64,000 nucleotides of DNA from Fimbriosthenelais zetlandica (Eukaryota). The translations under genes were made by a program, and so were the position numbers. Location of the stretch: contig OZ365110.1 in NCBI GenBank assembly GCA_977030845.1, forward strand, positions 19,282,001 to 19,346,000, in the 5' to 3' direction. Within the stretch, counting starts at the first letter, position 1, and the number at the start of each line of letters is the position of its first letter. Under the pieces are notes generated by a model. That model had not been told where the DNA came from. It searched no databases and worked only from the letters and a program-made list of their open reading frames with translations. Positions 37,519 to 64,000 of this stretch are shown in pieces.

Positions 37519-40500
37519 TTAGTCGAAAGACTTCCGTGAGCCTTTGAACTCATGGATTCCGTCCCTTCTGAAGCCACCACGACCACCTAAAAAGATAAAG
37601 GAAAGTTAACACTAAAATCAACGGCAGAGAAATATTTCAAATTAAATTCGCAAATTACGCACATAAACCAACTTATTTGAATTTCAAATCTCTAATTTTA
37701 ATACCAAAATTATCACAGAATCATATCAAGCAAGCACACTAAATTTATAATATGTATCTCTAAAAGTATGACAAATATAGGATTACTAACCTCCACGGCC
37801 GCCACCTCGGCCACGTCCACCTCCTCGGCCACCGCCGAATCCACCACCTCGGCCTCCGCCATATCCGCCGCCACCACCACGGCCACCGCCATATCCGCCG
37901 CCACCACCACGGCCACCGCCATATCCGCCGCCACCTCCTCGTCCACCGCGGAAACCTCCACGGCCGCCGCCGCCACCTCGTCCACGACCACCTGGAGAAA
38001 ATACATTTAGATATTTAATTAAGACAAAATATATCACAATTTCTTGTGCATAGGATGACAAAGGATATTAATTTTGGCGAGAAAGTAGCTTTTCAGATTT
38101 TAAAATCACGCATTCATGATTATTTTTTTGCATTACTTCAGTAGCAGATCTTCAGGCTGAATACAAAAAGAATTTGTTTTGGGAAAAATTAGCTAACTCA
38201 CCACTTGGTCGGCTGGAAGCATAGTCTACTGTGATCTCACGCCCATCGATTTCAGCGCCTTGCATAGAGTTGTAGGCATCAGCACAGGCATCCTCAGACT
38301 CGAAGTCAACGAAGCCAAACCTATAAATTATAGAAAATCATAAGAAAACATGGAAAAGCAGACGTTTATTCTGTTTACTAAAGTCAAAATTATGGGAATG
38401 GTGCTTGAGAAAATTCTACATGGTCTGACCAAACTGAAAATCTTCTAAAATAAAAATATCAAAAACTCACCCTGCTGATCTTCCGTCCCTGGTCATCACC
38501 CTGGCACTGACGGCCGCGCTGAACTCGCTCTTCAGGGAGTCCATGTCTGTACCCCATGACAGGTTCTTGACGATCAAGGTCTTTTTCTCGCCTTCAGGCT
38601 GGGACCTACCGCCACCACCACCGCGACCAGCACCACCGGTACTCTTGCTGCCGACAAAGTCCAGGATCAGGGATCGACCACAAAGGTCTGACCCTTGGAG
38701 GTCATTCACGGCCGAGTCAACGTCAGATTCTTCAGCGAACTGGACGAAGGCGAACCTGAAAGAGGGGGGTTAAAAATCAATAACTAATACAGAAAATTGA
38801 TATGAATAACCAGACAATTCAAAATAGAAGTTTACAAAAAATATGGAATCTGCAGATATTATATTTTAATGGGATAGGACTCACCCTTTCTTAGAACCAT
38901 CATGGTTTGTGGGCCAGCGAACCTCGGTAGCACCAGGGAAGTGATCCCTAAGGTCATCCTCGGAGGCGTCAAAGCTGATGTTCTTCACAAACAGGGTCAA
39001 CTTGTCGTTGTCGGAGTTGTCGTCGCGTCTCTGTTTAGCAGCTGGTGGGGCGCCTTCGTCGCTGCTCTTCTCATTGCGCTGTTTGGCCTTTTCAATCTCG
39101 ATTGCTTCACCATCCAGTTCCTGACCGCTCAGAGCAAGGGCTTTTTCCAGTTGACTGGATTTCTTCAGGTCAACGAAGGAGAAACTAAAAAGTACAAAAA
39201 TTGTCATTCAATTCTTGTTTTCTTCCTGGGGATTTGGGTTGGGGATTCCACTTCGGGAATCTAAATCAATATTTAGAGATTTGTTTCTTTAACTGTTTTA
39301 ACTTTCAGATGCATATATACTCACTTTTTCTTGGCGTGTTTCCTGATTTCTTTCACTTTGACTCCATTAGAGGAAAGGAATTCCTTAATGGTATCTTCTT
39401 CGGCATTGGTAACAACACGGATGGTGACGGAATCTACAATACACAAACAATTATAAATGTTTAATTATTGCATCTACTGCATTGTTCGGTCATCAAATTA
39501 AACATCGTTTAAAACTAGAATTAAAACTAAAACTTTAAGTTAATATTTACCAGCAGTTTCTTCGGCCTCTGCCTCGGCTTTCCTTTTTTTACCGGCCTTT
39601 TCCTTCTTGCTGGACTTTTCTACAGAACAAAGGAGAAAATTACTTAAGGCACAGATAGTTACATAAAGATAGGCCTTATCTAATATCTTAAAAGTAAATT
39701 TTAGTACTTAAAAAAGAAAAGTTTATCTGTTAAAGAATGTTCAAAGTATCGGTGTTGCGTACCTTCTGCATCCATGTCCTCTTCATTAGATTCCTACAAA
39801 TAGAGTAACGCAATTCATCAAGATAAATTTATTTGAAAAAGTAACTTCGATTAAGGTTATTTAGAAGACAAGCCTACGTGGTTTCAAATTTCAAGATTTA
39901 TAATTATTATTTCATCACAAGACGTTAAAAGAAACGATGCATCAACTGTAGGTTTTGTTCTTTTAGATTGCTTTGTAAAGGAGCAGTTACATCCTTGTAG
40001 GTCCGGGTTAAAAGTCTTTGCGGTCAATCACTGTCAAGATTGGGATCTTTTGGGACATTGTTCCTCCAACAATATTTTTTAAAAAAAGTTGAAATTTCTA
40101 AGAGTTTACCTCTTCACTTTCACCACTCTCCTCATCGCTCTCGGCCTTTTTCACATCCTCCTTCGCATCTTCCTCTTCCTCTTCACTGGATTCTTCTTTT
40201 TTAGTAACGCCGTTCTTATTTTTCTTAGCGGGAGCATCCTCTTCCTGACAAGATAAAAAGACAAACATTTATGAATCAATTATAACTCAAGATAATTCGA
40301 ATCGGCTTTTCTGCAAATTTTATTTCAAATACGATAATCTCAAACCTATGCTTTAATGAATTTGAAAAAGCCATTTACCTCAGAGGATTGTTCAGACTCC
40401 GAGCTTTCTGGGGCAGCTGCCTGTGGCTTAGCTTTTCCAGCTTTCTTGGGCTTGGTTTCAGCCACCACCTACAAGAGGAAAGGCAGTTTTAAAACAAACA

Positions 40501-42363
40501 TGTCAGTTACTGTTAACAGCTACCAGTGTACAAGTTATTTCGTAATAACCATTTATGTTATGCCATTAGCCAAATTTGTAAATTGAATGAGACAAGCGAA
40601 AGACTTTGCATACCTCTTCCTCCTCTGAAGATTCCTCCTCTGACTCGTCTTTTACTGGCTTGGGTGGGGGAGTTTTCTGGACCTTCTTGCCTTTCTTAGC
40701 CTGTGAACACACAAGAGCCAAATAAATACAGGAACATTTAAGCAGAAATTTAACAAAACACAAGTATTACAAAAGCTGGTTGGTCATTCTTCGGTTGGCA
40801 ATTTCTTTTTCTTTCGTCAAGAGCCCCTGCCCAACTTACCACATACTCATATAAGATTAAAGCAATAAATTATCTTCAAGACATCCATCATCACGAAGCA
40901 TTTTATTGTTTTAAATTACATTTCAGATCTGACACTGGTTATATACTTACATGACCAATGTGGTCCTCAGCACCGGGGCGAGGGTCGCATCGTAAGTAAG
41001 CTATTAGCGCCTTCACTTATCTTTCATTTCATACTCGGTCAGTGGCCATTTCGCACCACGACTAGGACATTAACATAAGCTCTGACCATTTTCTACCGTA
41101 CCGGACATTTTTGTTTGTACCAACGGACCTACCAACTGTTCATCTCACCAGTGGAATTACCCGAACTGCACCAACTATATAGCCATCCACTGAACAGTTT
41201 TAAACCAACCATAGCCAACCAGTGTCCACTAAGGTGTGGACTTTCTTTTTCTTTCCACTAAGGTGTGGACTTTCTTTTTCTTTCCACTAAGGTGTGGACC
41301 TTTTCTTAACCAACAACCAACTTTTTAACATGAAAGCAGACTCCAGTCATTAATGGCCAGGAGTAACGGACTTTGCACACCTGAAAGGTAAAGAATTAGT
41401 AGCCTTAGTGTAGAACTACAAGTTAATGGCAAAAGTAAACTATGTGGCCTTTTTTGCTGATGCTTCACATAAAATCTGTTTAGCAGATTTCCCCGTCCTT
41501 GAAATCTGGTAATTCAAGGATTTTAAATAATACTGGTAATAGTGTACATAAGGTATGAGGTAATGGAGGGATATCAAACAAAGTATACATAATCCTTTTC
41601 CACTAGGTCACATGGCCTAGAACTGGAGATGACAATGAAAATATCTGGTTCATAATATTCAAAATATTCTAAAACTGTGACCACGTGTTTTTAAGAACAA
41701 TGCACCTGTCCGGAATACCCCCTACACTACAGCAGGCCTATGCCGGTAACCTAGAGATTAAGTCCCAAATCGAGACGAACAAAAGTTAAATTCTTTTGTA
41801 AACTCGTCAAGTTAGCAAGTCTGAATTCCAGCTCACCAGTGGCAACTGATATTATAGATTCTATAATTTTGTAAGATGTCTTTGAAAGACTTTACACCAA
41901 CTTCCGGCATGAGAATCAGCCGAATAAAAAAATAAAGACCACGCTGTGGGTCATTGTGGCCAGCAATGGCAGCATTATCACGTGGTCACACTCGCACACA
42001 GCTTTTGGGAATCATAAATTTACCCGAATACACATCACAGGCGATACAAATTTCAACCTTCATCAAAGGCATTTAATAAAGAAAATAAACAATACTCATT
42101 AATAATATCAAGTGAATTTTTGTAGTGATAGACCAGCCAATCGCAAGGAACAATCGCCACCACGTGCTAGGCAGGCATGGCCATTGCCTGGGCAAATGAA
42201 CTCGCAGGAAAAAAGTCGGAACGAAATTTCGGCTCGGTGTAGGGTTATAAATCTGCACATATAGCAAATAAACAATGTGCCATATTGTGAAGTGGCTATT
42301 CATCAAGTAAACTTGATGGTCAAAGGTACTTACCTTGGCCGGGGTAGTAGATTTTGGTGCCAT
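37519..42363 (-). CDS. NCL: Nucleolin-like protein; join(42334-42363,40614-40700,40379-40468,40110-40244,39763-39793,39551-39619,39325-39433,38885-39184,38471-38755,38202-38320,37791-37991,37519-37586), 507 aa
   Basis: 12 phase-compatible exons. The N-terminus alternates Lys-rich and acidic Ser/Glu tracts. Three RRMs follow (NFSFVDL; LFVKNISF...KGFAFVQF; LIVKNLSW...AGFGFVDF), then an RGG/GAR tail with GGRGGGGGYG repeats and the C-terminus FKGSRKSFD*. Confidence 0.92.
41225..41299. repeat. 29-bp tandem repeat, about 2.6 copies, each with a TCCAC-TAAGGT-GTGGA mini-hairpin
   Basis: Units start at 41225, 41254 and 41283. Confidence 0.9.
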
Positions 42364-42411
42364 TTTCAGGAGTGTGTTTGGAGAGCGTGTTACCTACTCG
42401 AATGCTGGTGC

Positions 42412-42446
42412 AAGAGAGAATGAGAGAGTCAAGCGGGGCGGAAGTG
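42412..42446 (-). promoter_or_regulatory. Nucleolin core promoter: TOP/TCT-like pyrimidine tract with GC-box and ETS site
   Basis: The minus strand reads CTCTCTCATTCTCTCTT (42428-42412) about 50 nt upstream of the ATG. GGGGCGG (42435-42441) overlaps CGGAAGTG (42439-42446). This fits a ribosome-biogenesis housekeeping gene. Confidence 0.55.
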
Positions 42447-45400
42447 AGAGGGCGGCGTTATCAACCATGTTCTCTAGTTAGTTTCGTATTCTCAAATTAA
42501 GCTTACAACTTTTTCTAGAGAAAGATATTAGCATATTATTTTTTTCTAAAATTTACTACTCATATTTATGAATGATCAAAATAATTTTAATGGTCAGTGG
42601 TTTCTCTACGAAACATAAGGTCTACCAGTGAACTGTAAGCTAGCGCCCCATTATGAGACGGTAAAGCGAAGAACTAAGATAGCAGAAAAAAATGTTCATG
42701 GGAGGACCCCAATGATTTATGTCTTTCTAGGATTCGCTAGGATTTTTTTCATCAAAATTAACTTTAATTTAGATCTTATATTATAATATTGGACAGTGAC
42801 TGATTTCCATATGCTACGGAAAGTTCTGGAGGTTAGTGGACTGAAGGCCTTTAAAAGTGAGCGCCCCAATATTATGAGGCGGTTGAAAGAAGAACTAAAG
42901 ATGCTTACGAGATCTCGAGGGATTTAAATATATAGGCATAAAAGCCAGGAATGATTTTTTTTTAAATTGTCCAGGGTCCAGGTCCAAGTCATAATTTTTT
43001 TGTCCGTATAATTATTTTGTACGACGTCTGAGCCCAACGGCGGTGTTGAAAAATATCAGTGCACCTGTTTCACTAGCCAGACATCTATGACTAGGGCCTA
43101 TGACCCAAGCCTGACTGGCCGCCCCCAAGCGGACTACGGGGGAAGGACGGATGTTTTGTCTATGTTTCACCAGTCTGTATGACAAGCCTCTCCTCCTAGC
43201 GGCATCGCCACACCGGGACAGATACTCCGTCTAGCCTACTGTTTCTCACGTAGGCTAACCTCGGCTATATTATAGTACATTCACCGTACACCAGGAGCCC
43301 GGACCAAACTTTGGCGTCTCAGACGCCTGCATTTGCAAAGGGAATGCATGTAGGCCTATTCCGACCGCCAGCACGGATTTAGTAATAAAATCATTAATAC
43401 GTATTAAAATAGCTATAATTTCCCATAATTAAATAATTATCTTTTCCTCCGAGAAAACAACAGAGCATAGGAATTTGTTTGCTGAATGGAATTTTTATTT
43501 CCTCAATAAACATGAAAGATGATACAGTGTGAATGTTTTCTTTCCATGAGACATAAGATCACACATGTCTTAAAACATTTTCTCATTCTCTTCAACAATA
43601 GTACAATGATGATGATGACGTCTCCGCATTATGTAGATGCGGTATGCGCCTGTGTGAAGTTATGGGCGGGCGTGACATAAATCTGACGTTGTGACAAGAT
43701 GGGATGAAAACACCCAAACCTTTCAATCTGGGCACAACTTTTTCACGTTAATGATATTTAGATGAAAATCAGTATTTTCGTTATCACATGATGATTCACA
43801 ATGAGTTTTTTTCTCCCTGAATACACAGATAATGGACTCCATTAATGGATTCTTTCCAATTACTTCATTTATTCGGACCCCGTCTTGGCACCATTCTTAA
43901 GACTTTCCCTACAAAGACCGTTACAAATGATTGAGAATAAACATTGCTTGATCAAATGCTAATCAAGTCCTGATGACACTATTACCAAATCAGGAGGAAA
44001 TTCATGATTTTGAATAGATTCAAACCAGGGACATTCCAGTCTTGGTCCAGATTCCAGACAAGAGCCTGGGTAGAGAAATTGTCTGGTAAACTCCATGACT
44101 ACCAATATAAAGTCATGGAGGACATGTTTAAGCGGTAGTCTCTGACTACCCATAGCACACACATGATACACATCAGCTTGTAAACACTTTACTTATACAT
44201 GTATACCACAAATATTTCATGTCGCAGAGATAAAATACACGCTCACAGACAAAATTAGTTCAACTCAGTAAAGGAAAATGTTTTTAAAGACATTTTGCAC
44301 TCAATTGCAATTACAAATATCAAGAAAGTTCCCCTTTTTTCATCACTAAAAAGAGAAGTATATTCTTCCATTGTTAAGACCAGCCTGGTATTGCTACTCA
44401 TGGAATAAAAGTAACCAGGTGTAAAGCAGACCTCTTAGGCCTACCAGGTGGTTAGGTTTGGTGGAAGATGGTAGTCACAGGTTGTAAGCAATCTCAATGT
44501 TATAGCCATACAAAATTTTGGCCTTGGATTAATACCGTACCCTAGGTCAGGAATATTTATGGGGGTTGGCCTTAACCGTATTATTCCATACTGTGCGTTA
44601 TTTCATGGGCTCAAGTTCCAGACCTCGCCCTACACCGGTCAGGTCTATTAGCTCTCAACTCCCGTCCAGCAAGAAGAGAAAGAAGGGAACATGTATGGCG
44701 AGCATGCGTCAGAGAGCAGCTCAGCCAGAAATAGACCCAACCCAAGAGCAACTCCTCATGTACATATACCCCCATGGCGAGGTCAAGCTTTGAGCAATTA
44801 AATTTCTAACTAAAACTAAACTCCAATTTCCATTGAAATAACTCCCCCCAAAACACTTGAAATAAAACCCCGTGTATCACTAAATGGATAAAATTACCCT
44901 TCCCTAGTCCATCAGAGGACGTTACAGTTTATATAGGTACGACTCCAATGGTGAGAGGTGGCCCCTTTAAATCAATCACGAGGCAGGTCAGGTGGAATTT
45001 ACAAGTTATGGACAGTCCTGACCAAAAAAAATCACTGGATGAAAAGTCAACTTCTTATAGCATTGCGCCAGTCTACAACTTTAACTTGAATAAAGCTGGG
45101 AAATGACATTTTTTCAAATCATTGTACCTCACTAAAGAAGTTAGTTCTTTGATTTCTGGCGTTGGTTGAGGATATTCCGTTACTTCTTCAGTACCCCTGC
45201 TATGTACATGGTGAATGATGATTAGTGAACATGATAGTTTGTTAGTCTTCACCGTAATATAACGAGAACACTACCATTAGACATAACACTAATAGGTCCG
45301 GTGATTTGTGCACAGAAACATGGACATAGTGTGGAAGGGTTAGAATGAGCTAAAGCTCAAATTATGGAGAGAAACAAAACCCTGTTACATTGCGGGTCAT

Positions 45401-47194
45401 CGATGTTATTCTTTGTTACTATTATCTTGGCGAAGCCTTCAAGGCTTCTCTGTCGTGTTCTGGTTATTGGTGACGCGAATATCAAAGAAAGTCTTTCCCT
45501 CATTCACCGCATGAATAAAATGACGGCAATTAATGTTATTTGGTAGGTTTTGGAGGTTTTTTTCATTCTTAATACAGGCTGTCACATAAAATATATGTGA
45601 AGCTCTTCCTTGGGTCTCTAACCCTTCCCTCCCCAATCATCATTTCACCTTCATCACATATTATGCTAAGGCATACAACGGCCACATCCAGTGGAATTTT
45701 TCATCATGGTAATAACCCTGCCCCTTGGTGAGGAAAACCCCACTCCCACACCCCTCCCCAGATACACAAAATGTAAAATAAATCCCCGCACCCCCCCCCC
45801 CACCCTCCATAAACATGAACATTAAACCCTTTGATGTTTCTAAAATTCATATAATAAAAACTTGGCCTTTTTTAAAGACATCCCCTGCACCCCAACCCTC
45901 AAAAAATTAGCTGCTTATAGGATTATAGTTAATAATATAGATCATTCAACTTCTTCCTTTTTAGCTCCATACATAGTGCTCTCCTCACTAGTGTTAATAG
46001 GTGTTGGGACCACAAAACCATCATCCTTGATGAAACAAACATCTCGTAACGAAACAAAACACATTTCCTTAGAATGTTTCAATATGAACATGCAACTAGG
46101 AACATCTGAGCACTACCGTATACTCGATTCATTCAACAGACCTCTCTCACCAATCCCTTCTTCTCTGCACGCCTGAGTCCTTATTTACAAGGTGGACATC
46201 GATCGTCCACATGGTTCATACATACACCGACTGGCCACTGTGGCCACTGTCTCTATGGCCAACAGTGAGTGGCTAGCCACACGGAATGCAACCTTTTTTA
46301 AGTTAGAATTCTTGAGGCTACTTAACGTCTGTACACAACTGGATACAAATGAGCAATTAATCTGTAAACACTGTAAGTGGTGATCAATCTGTTAAACAAA
46401 GAGATCTGCGTTGAATTTAAGATTCATGAATTGTCTTCCTTATAAAGATTTCTTTAAACAAACTTTTTTCTTTCTTTTTTAAATAAACTCTTCATAAGAA
46501 TCCATCAATCATAAGATGAACACATTCATATCGACAGATACCCTGGATATGTCTCGATGTACATGTACTAGGATGTAGCTCTGAGGAGAGGTTCTCCTTA
46601 GCATAACCGGTACTTTAAATATCTGGATCACCCATAAGAAAAAAATCTTTTGATCCTTAACACGATAAAATTTGTTTTTGATTTTTACATTACAAAAAAA
46701 GTTAAACAAATATATAAATGACTATTGCATTGTAATAATGCTTTTTTCCTGATAAAAAAAAATGACAGTATTTGAAGGAGTAGTGGCTCTAATTATTAGC
46801 ATAGAACAAGCTCTAGCTACATATCCACATTTCTTTTCTCCTCATCATCACAACAAGCGATGGCCTGTTTAACCTCGTCAAAAACATCCATCATCATTTC
46901 TCTCATGTATAAAAATACAGTCAATGCATGTGCATCTCTATCAAGTCAATTTTCTTCAAATATCACTGGCCAGTATATATTTTTAGTGGTTTTGTATGAA
47001 GGCTTGACTAGGATGCGCGGCATCTTTCCCTGATTCTCGTATGTCTGACCTTCAACACATTTTAATTTTTACACTGCTGGGCCTCTTGCACAGTCCTTCT
47101 TCCCTCTACTCCTCCCCACTTTTATATAATCCCACCCCAAACCCCACACAAACTCCCCCCACCCACAACCCCTCCCCACTCTCCCTCCTCCACT

Positions 47195-61511
<14,317 letters not shown>

Positions 61512-62186
61512 CTGAAAATAGAAGAAATGGGATAACTTTATAACAACCGATAACCATGGAAATAATATTATATATATTATCAAATTATTTCCAGACATGC
61601 AAATTCATCACACATGCATCTATATATTAAATATCTATCATATTATACAATGATAATGTGGTATTTCAGTCCATTGATATAATGCATTTGTCTTTATTTA
61701 ATCCAACAAATTCAGACAGTATTCTAAGTCTAACGTATATCATAAAATCTCTAGGGACAGTAACTGTGTATCACGCTTTCTCTGCATGCATATCCCAGGC
61801 CTATATTCATACATAATCAATGACTAACAGTTATCAAGCGGAAAATCATGAACTCAAGTCATGGTCTAACAAGTCAGAAACAAAGCATCATATTATTAAA
61901 CGGCGAGTTATAGTACAGAGATTCTAGTCTCATGAATGTGCTTAGGACTAGGATTCAGGCGGGCGGGGGGGGGGGGGGGGGGGGTTGTATTTAATTCATT
62001 CTATTCATAGCTCGTGAATAACACGCCATGAATCATGTCATTCCTGGCTCTGTGACATTAATTCTCATGGGGGCATGGTTCGTGGCTACATTATTTGCTC
62101 ACTGAATGGGCAACTCCATGTATTTTATTTAATGCACTGTTGAAAGAGAAAGGCAGAAAAGTGTCCATTTTACAGCTACATTTATA

Positions 62187-62277
62187 TTTTCGATATTAAA
62201 TATCGAAAACAACAAATAACAAGTGTGCATGTTGTCTTGATAAAATCTTTATCAAGACAACATGCAGACTTGTTATT
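62187..62277. repeat. Two adjacent palindromes: 11-bp arms (62187-62209) and 30-bp arms with 3-nt loop (62215-62277)
   Basis: AATAACAAGTGTGCATGTTGTCTTGATAAA-ATC-TTTATCAAGACAACATGCAGACTTGTTATT with one mismatch in 30 bp; TTTTCGATATT-A-AATATCGAAAA. Confidence 0.9.
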
Positions 62278-64000
62278 GTCACTAAAAGGAATCTGATAAG
62301 TCATATGTAAGCTTGGGAGCTTAAAGAATGTGAAGACATCACTCTACACTCATCCCCAACCCCTTAATACCTCATGCTCAATGCCCACCCATTTGGCAAA
62401 CAAAGGAAATCTGGTGGTCTAAGGTAGGGATTTTCCATACAAGCTTCCTATAGCCATTCATATACCCAATGTAAGCCTACACCAATGTATGACTAATATC
62501 TGGAGCACCTGTAACGGTGACGTCACCATCGATGCTGACTGAAGGTAAATCCCATCACCTGAACAACTGTCTGTTGCTATGGTAATAATATCTAACACAA
62601 CATAAATACAATTTCCCATCGGATAATTGTGTAATGTGGTTTTTCCGTTTTACTAAGCAAGGTAACAGAGTAATGGACTTCCAACACCTGGCAAACTAAG
62701 TTTACCATACCAGAGCACCAGGCGGAGCATGCATGCAAGACACATGAGTCACTCTCCTGCCCTGGATCTACTCTGACCTAGACCTCCATTCAGTTTATTA
62801 TTTCACTAATAATAGCCTTACAAGTTAGTGGCAACAAATTGAGGCCTATAATGCATCAATGTCATCAAAATAATCTTTTATAGACTTCAAATCGTGGCAT
62901 TAATTGTATTAATTTGCAGTCAATCCCCATTAATTAAATATAGTTCAAAACTTCATCAAGATGGATCACATCTTACCAGATGCTCAGGCGCTTATTCCCA
63001 TCTCTCCCATTGACTTTTTTTACTTTAATTATTCTTCTTTATTTCTTCCCTGAATCACTGGGCATTTATTCAAATTATTGAGGACAGCTGTTATAGATCA
63101 CTATCTTAAGACATCTTGTCATGGAGGAGGTATCAGTCAAGCTTGTGAAGCGTGTGAGTGAGTGAGTCACAGATTGTGCCCGTGTACACACGTCTTATGA
63201 TATAGAGGTGCGCCCAGGCGTCATCATCATCATCTGGATCAGCATCTTCAACCATCACTATTCTCCTGCTTTGTTCCACTCCTTAAGCTTAGCTATTCCA
63301 ACTGTTGCACCAATTCATTCTATTCAGCAGTTATGAGTTAGCCATTCGGATTCTTTTTTGGCCCTTGAATCCCGGGCCTTGAATACACTTAGCTGTTCAG
63401 AAAAATCCCTGAGGCGAACACGATGCATGACTCTAAACAAAAATTCTAACATTCATAATATACCTTGGAAAATTGTCAAGCCTGTCTGCATGACTAACAT
63501 GGTACAGAAATAGATCTATGCCAATGAGCAAAACAGGGGACACGACAACTTTGAAGGTGGTCCATTCAATTTGGAAAGGACCTTTAGGGCGCAAAACTGA
63601 TAGAATATTTATATGCTCTTCTGTTTAATTTCTAAATAAATAATACTTTGTGGTTCTTTCTTTCTCCCCAACCACATATACCTTCAATATTCACCGGGGG
63701 TAAATAAACCAAGCAATGGGGCCACACCCCCTGCTGACTATACCCCGCCCCCTTGCCCATGTCAGGACTAATTTAGGCCTGGGTTAGGGGCGAGCCGCCT
63801 GTCTGAGTGAGTGTCTGAAGATGATATAGTTTTGTCTGCAGGGGAAAACCACTACAAGCTCATAATGGGGGGTTAACAGGGGGTTGACTGGCGAGGGAGA
63901 TCTAGTTTAGTCTGACCCACTTGATCTCTACCCCCACCCCACCTCAACTCTCACTCAGTTCACCATCAGAACAAAGAAGTCTGAGGATAGCTGCTGTATA

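Noticed and set aside
37713-38010. ORFs rich in Ala/Val or Thr/Ser/Ala
   Set aside because: Alternative-frame and antisense shadows of the nucleolin RGG exon.
37587-42333. Intronic snoRNAs in nucleolin (vertebrate NCL hosts U20, U23, U82)
   Set aside because: C-box-like words occur (about 40890 and 39915 on minus) but I found no matching D box with terminal stem, and no U20/U82 guide sequence. H/ACA RNAs cannot be excluded by eye; Infernal or snoscan is needed.
63110-63260. Short acidic ORF MVEDADPDDDDDAW... as a possible Mnk first exon
   Set aside because: Only a weak GTGTGT donor, and it lacks the basic eIF4G-binding/NLS tract expected at the Mnk N-terminus; the acidity derives from a (GAT)n microsatellite.

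Overview
AT-rich, intron-containing animal DNA. An invertebrate deuterostome such as an echinoderm is my inference from gene style only. Four protein-coding genes were reconstructed by hand from GT/AG sites and codon phase. (1) A MuSK-like receptor tyrosine kinase, minus strand, 5' part only: signal peptide, 2 Ig domains and a Frizzled CRD, running off the left edge. (2) A complete TMEM8/PGAP6-family EGF + 7TM protein, plus strand, head-to-head with MuSK. (3) A complete nucleolin-like gene, minus strand, with 3 RRMs and an RGG tail, tail-to-tail with TMEM8. (4) An MKNK/Mnk kinase, minus strand, whose 5' exon(s) were not found. The most interesting signal is an apparent combinatorial isoform system in the TMEM8/PGAP6 gene. 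It has two tandem-duplicated, phase-incompatible (mutually exclusive) EGF exons and a row of alternative phase-1 terminal exons giving different C-terminal tails. Other notable items are a 10-nt microexon needed to keep MuSK in frame, a candidate poison exon in nucleolin intron 1, a dense TGACGTTCGCA motif array with a ~186-bp tandem repeat between the divergent genes, a clean TA-flanked MITE, a tRNA-derived SINE and a near-perfect 63-nt hairpin. All splice models are predictions from sequence alone; no database search was run.
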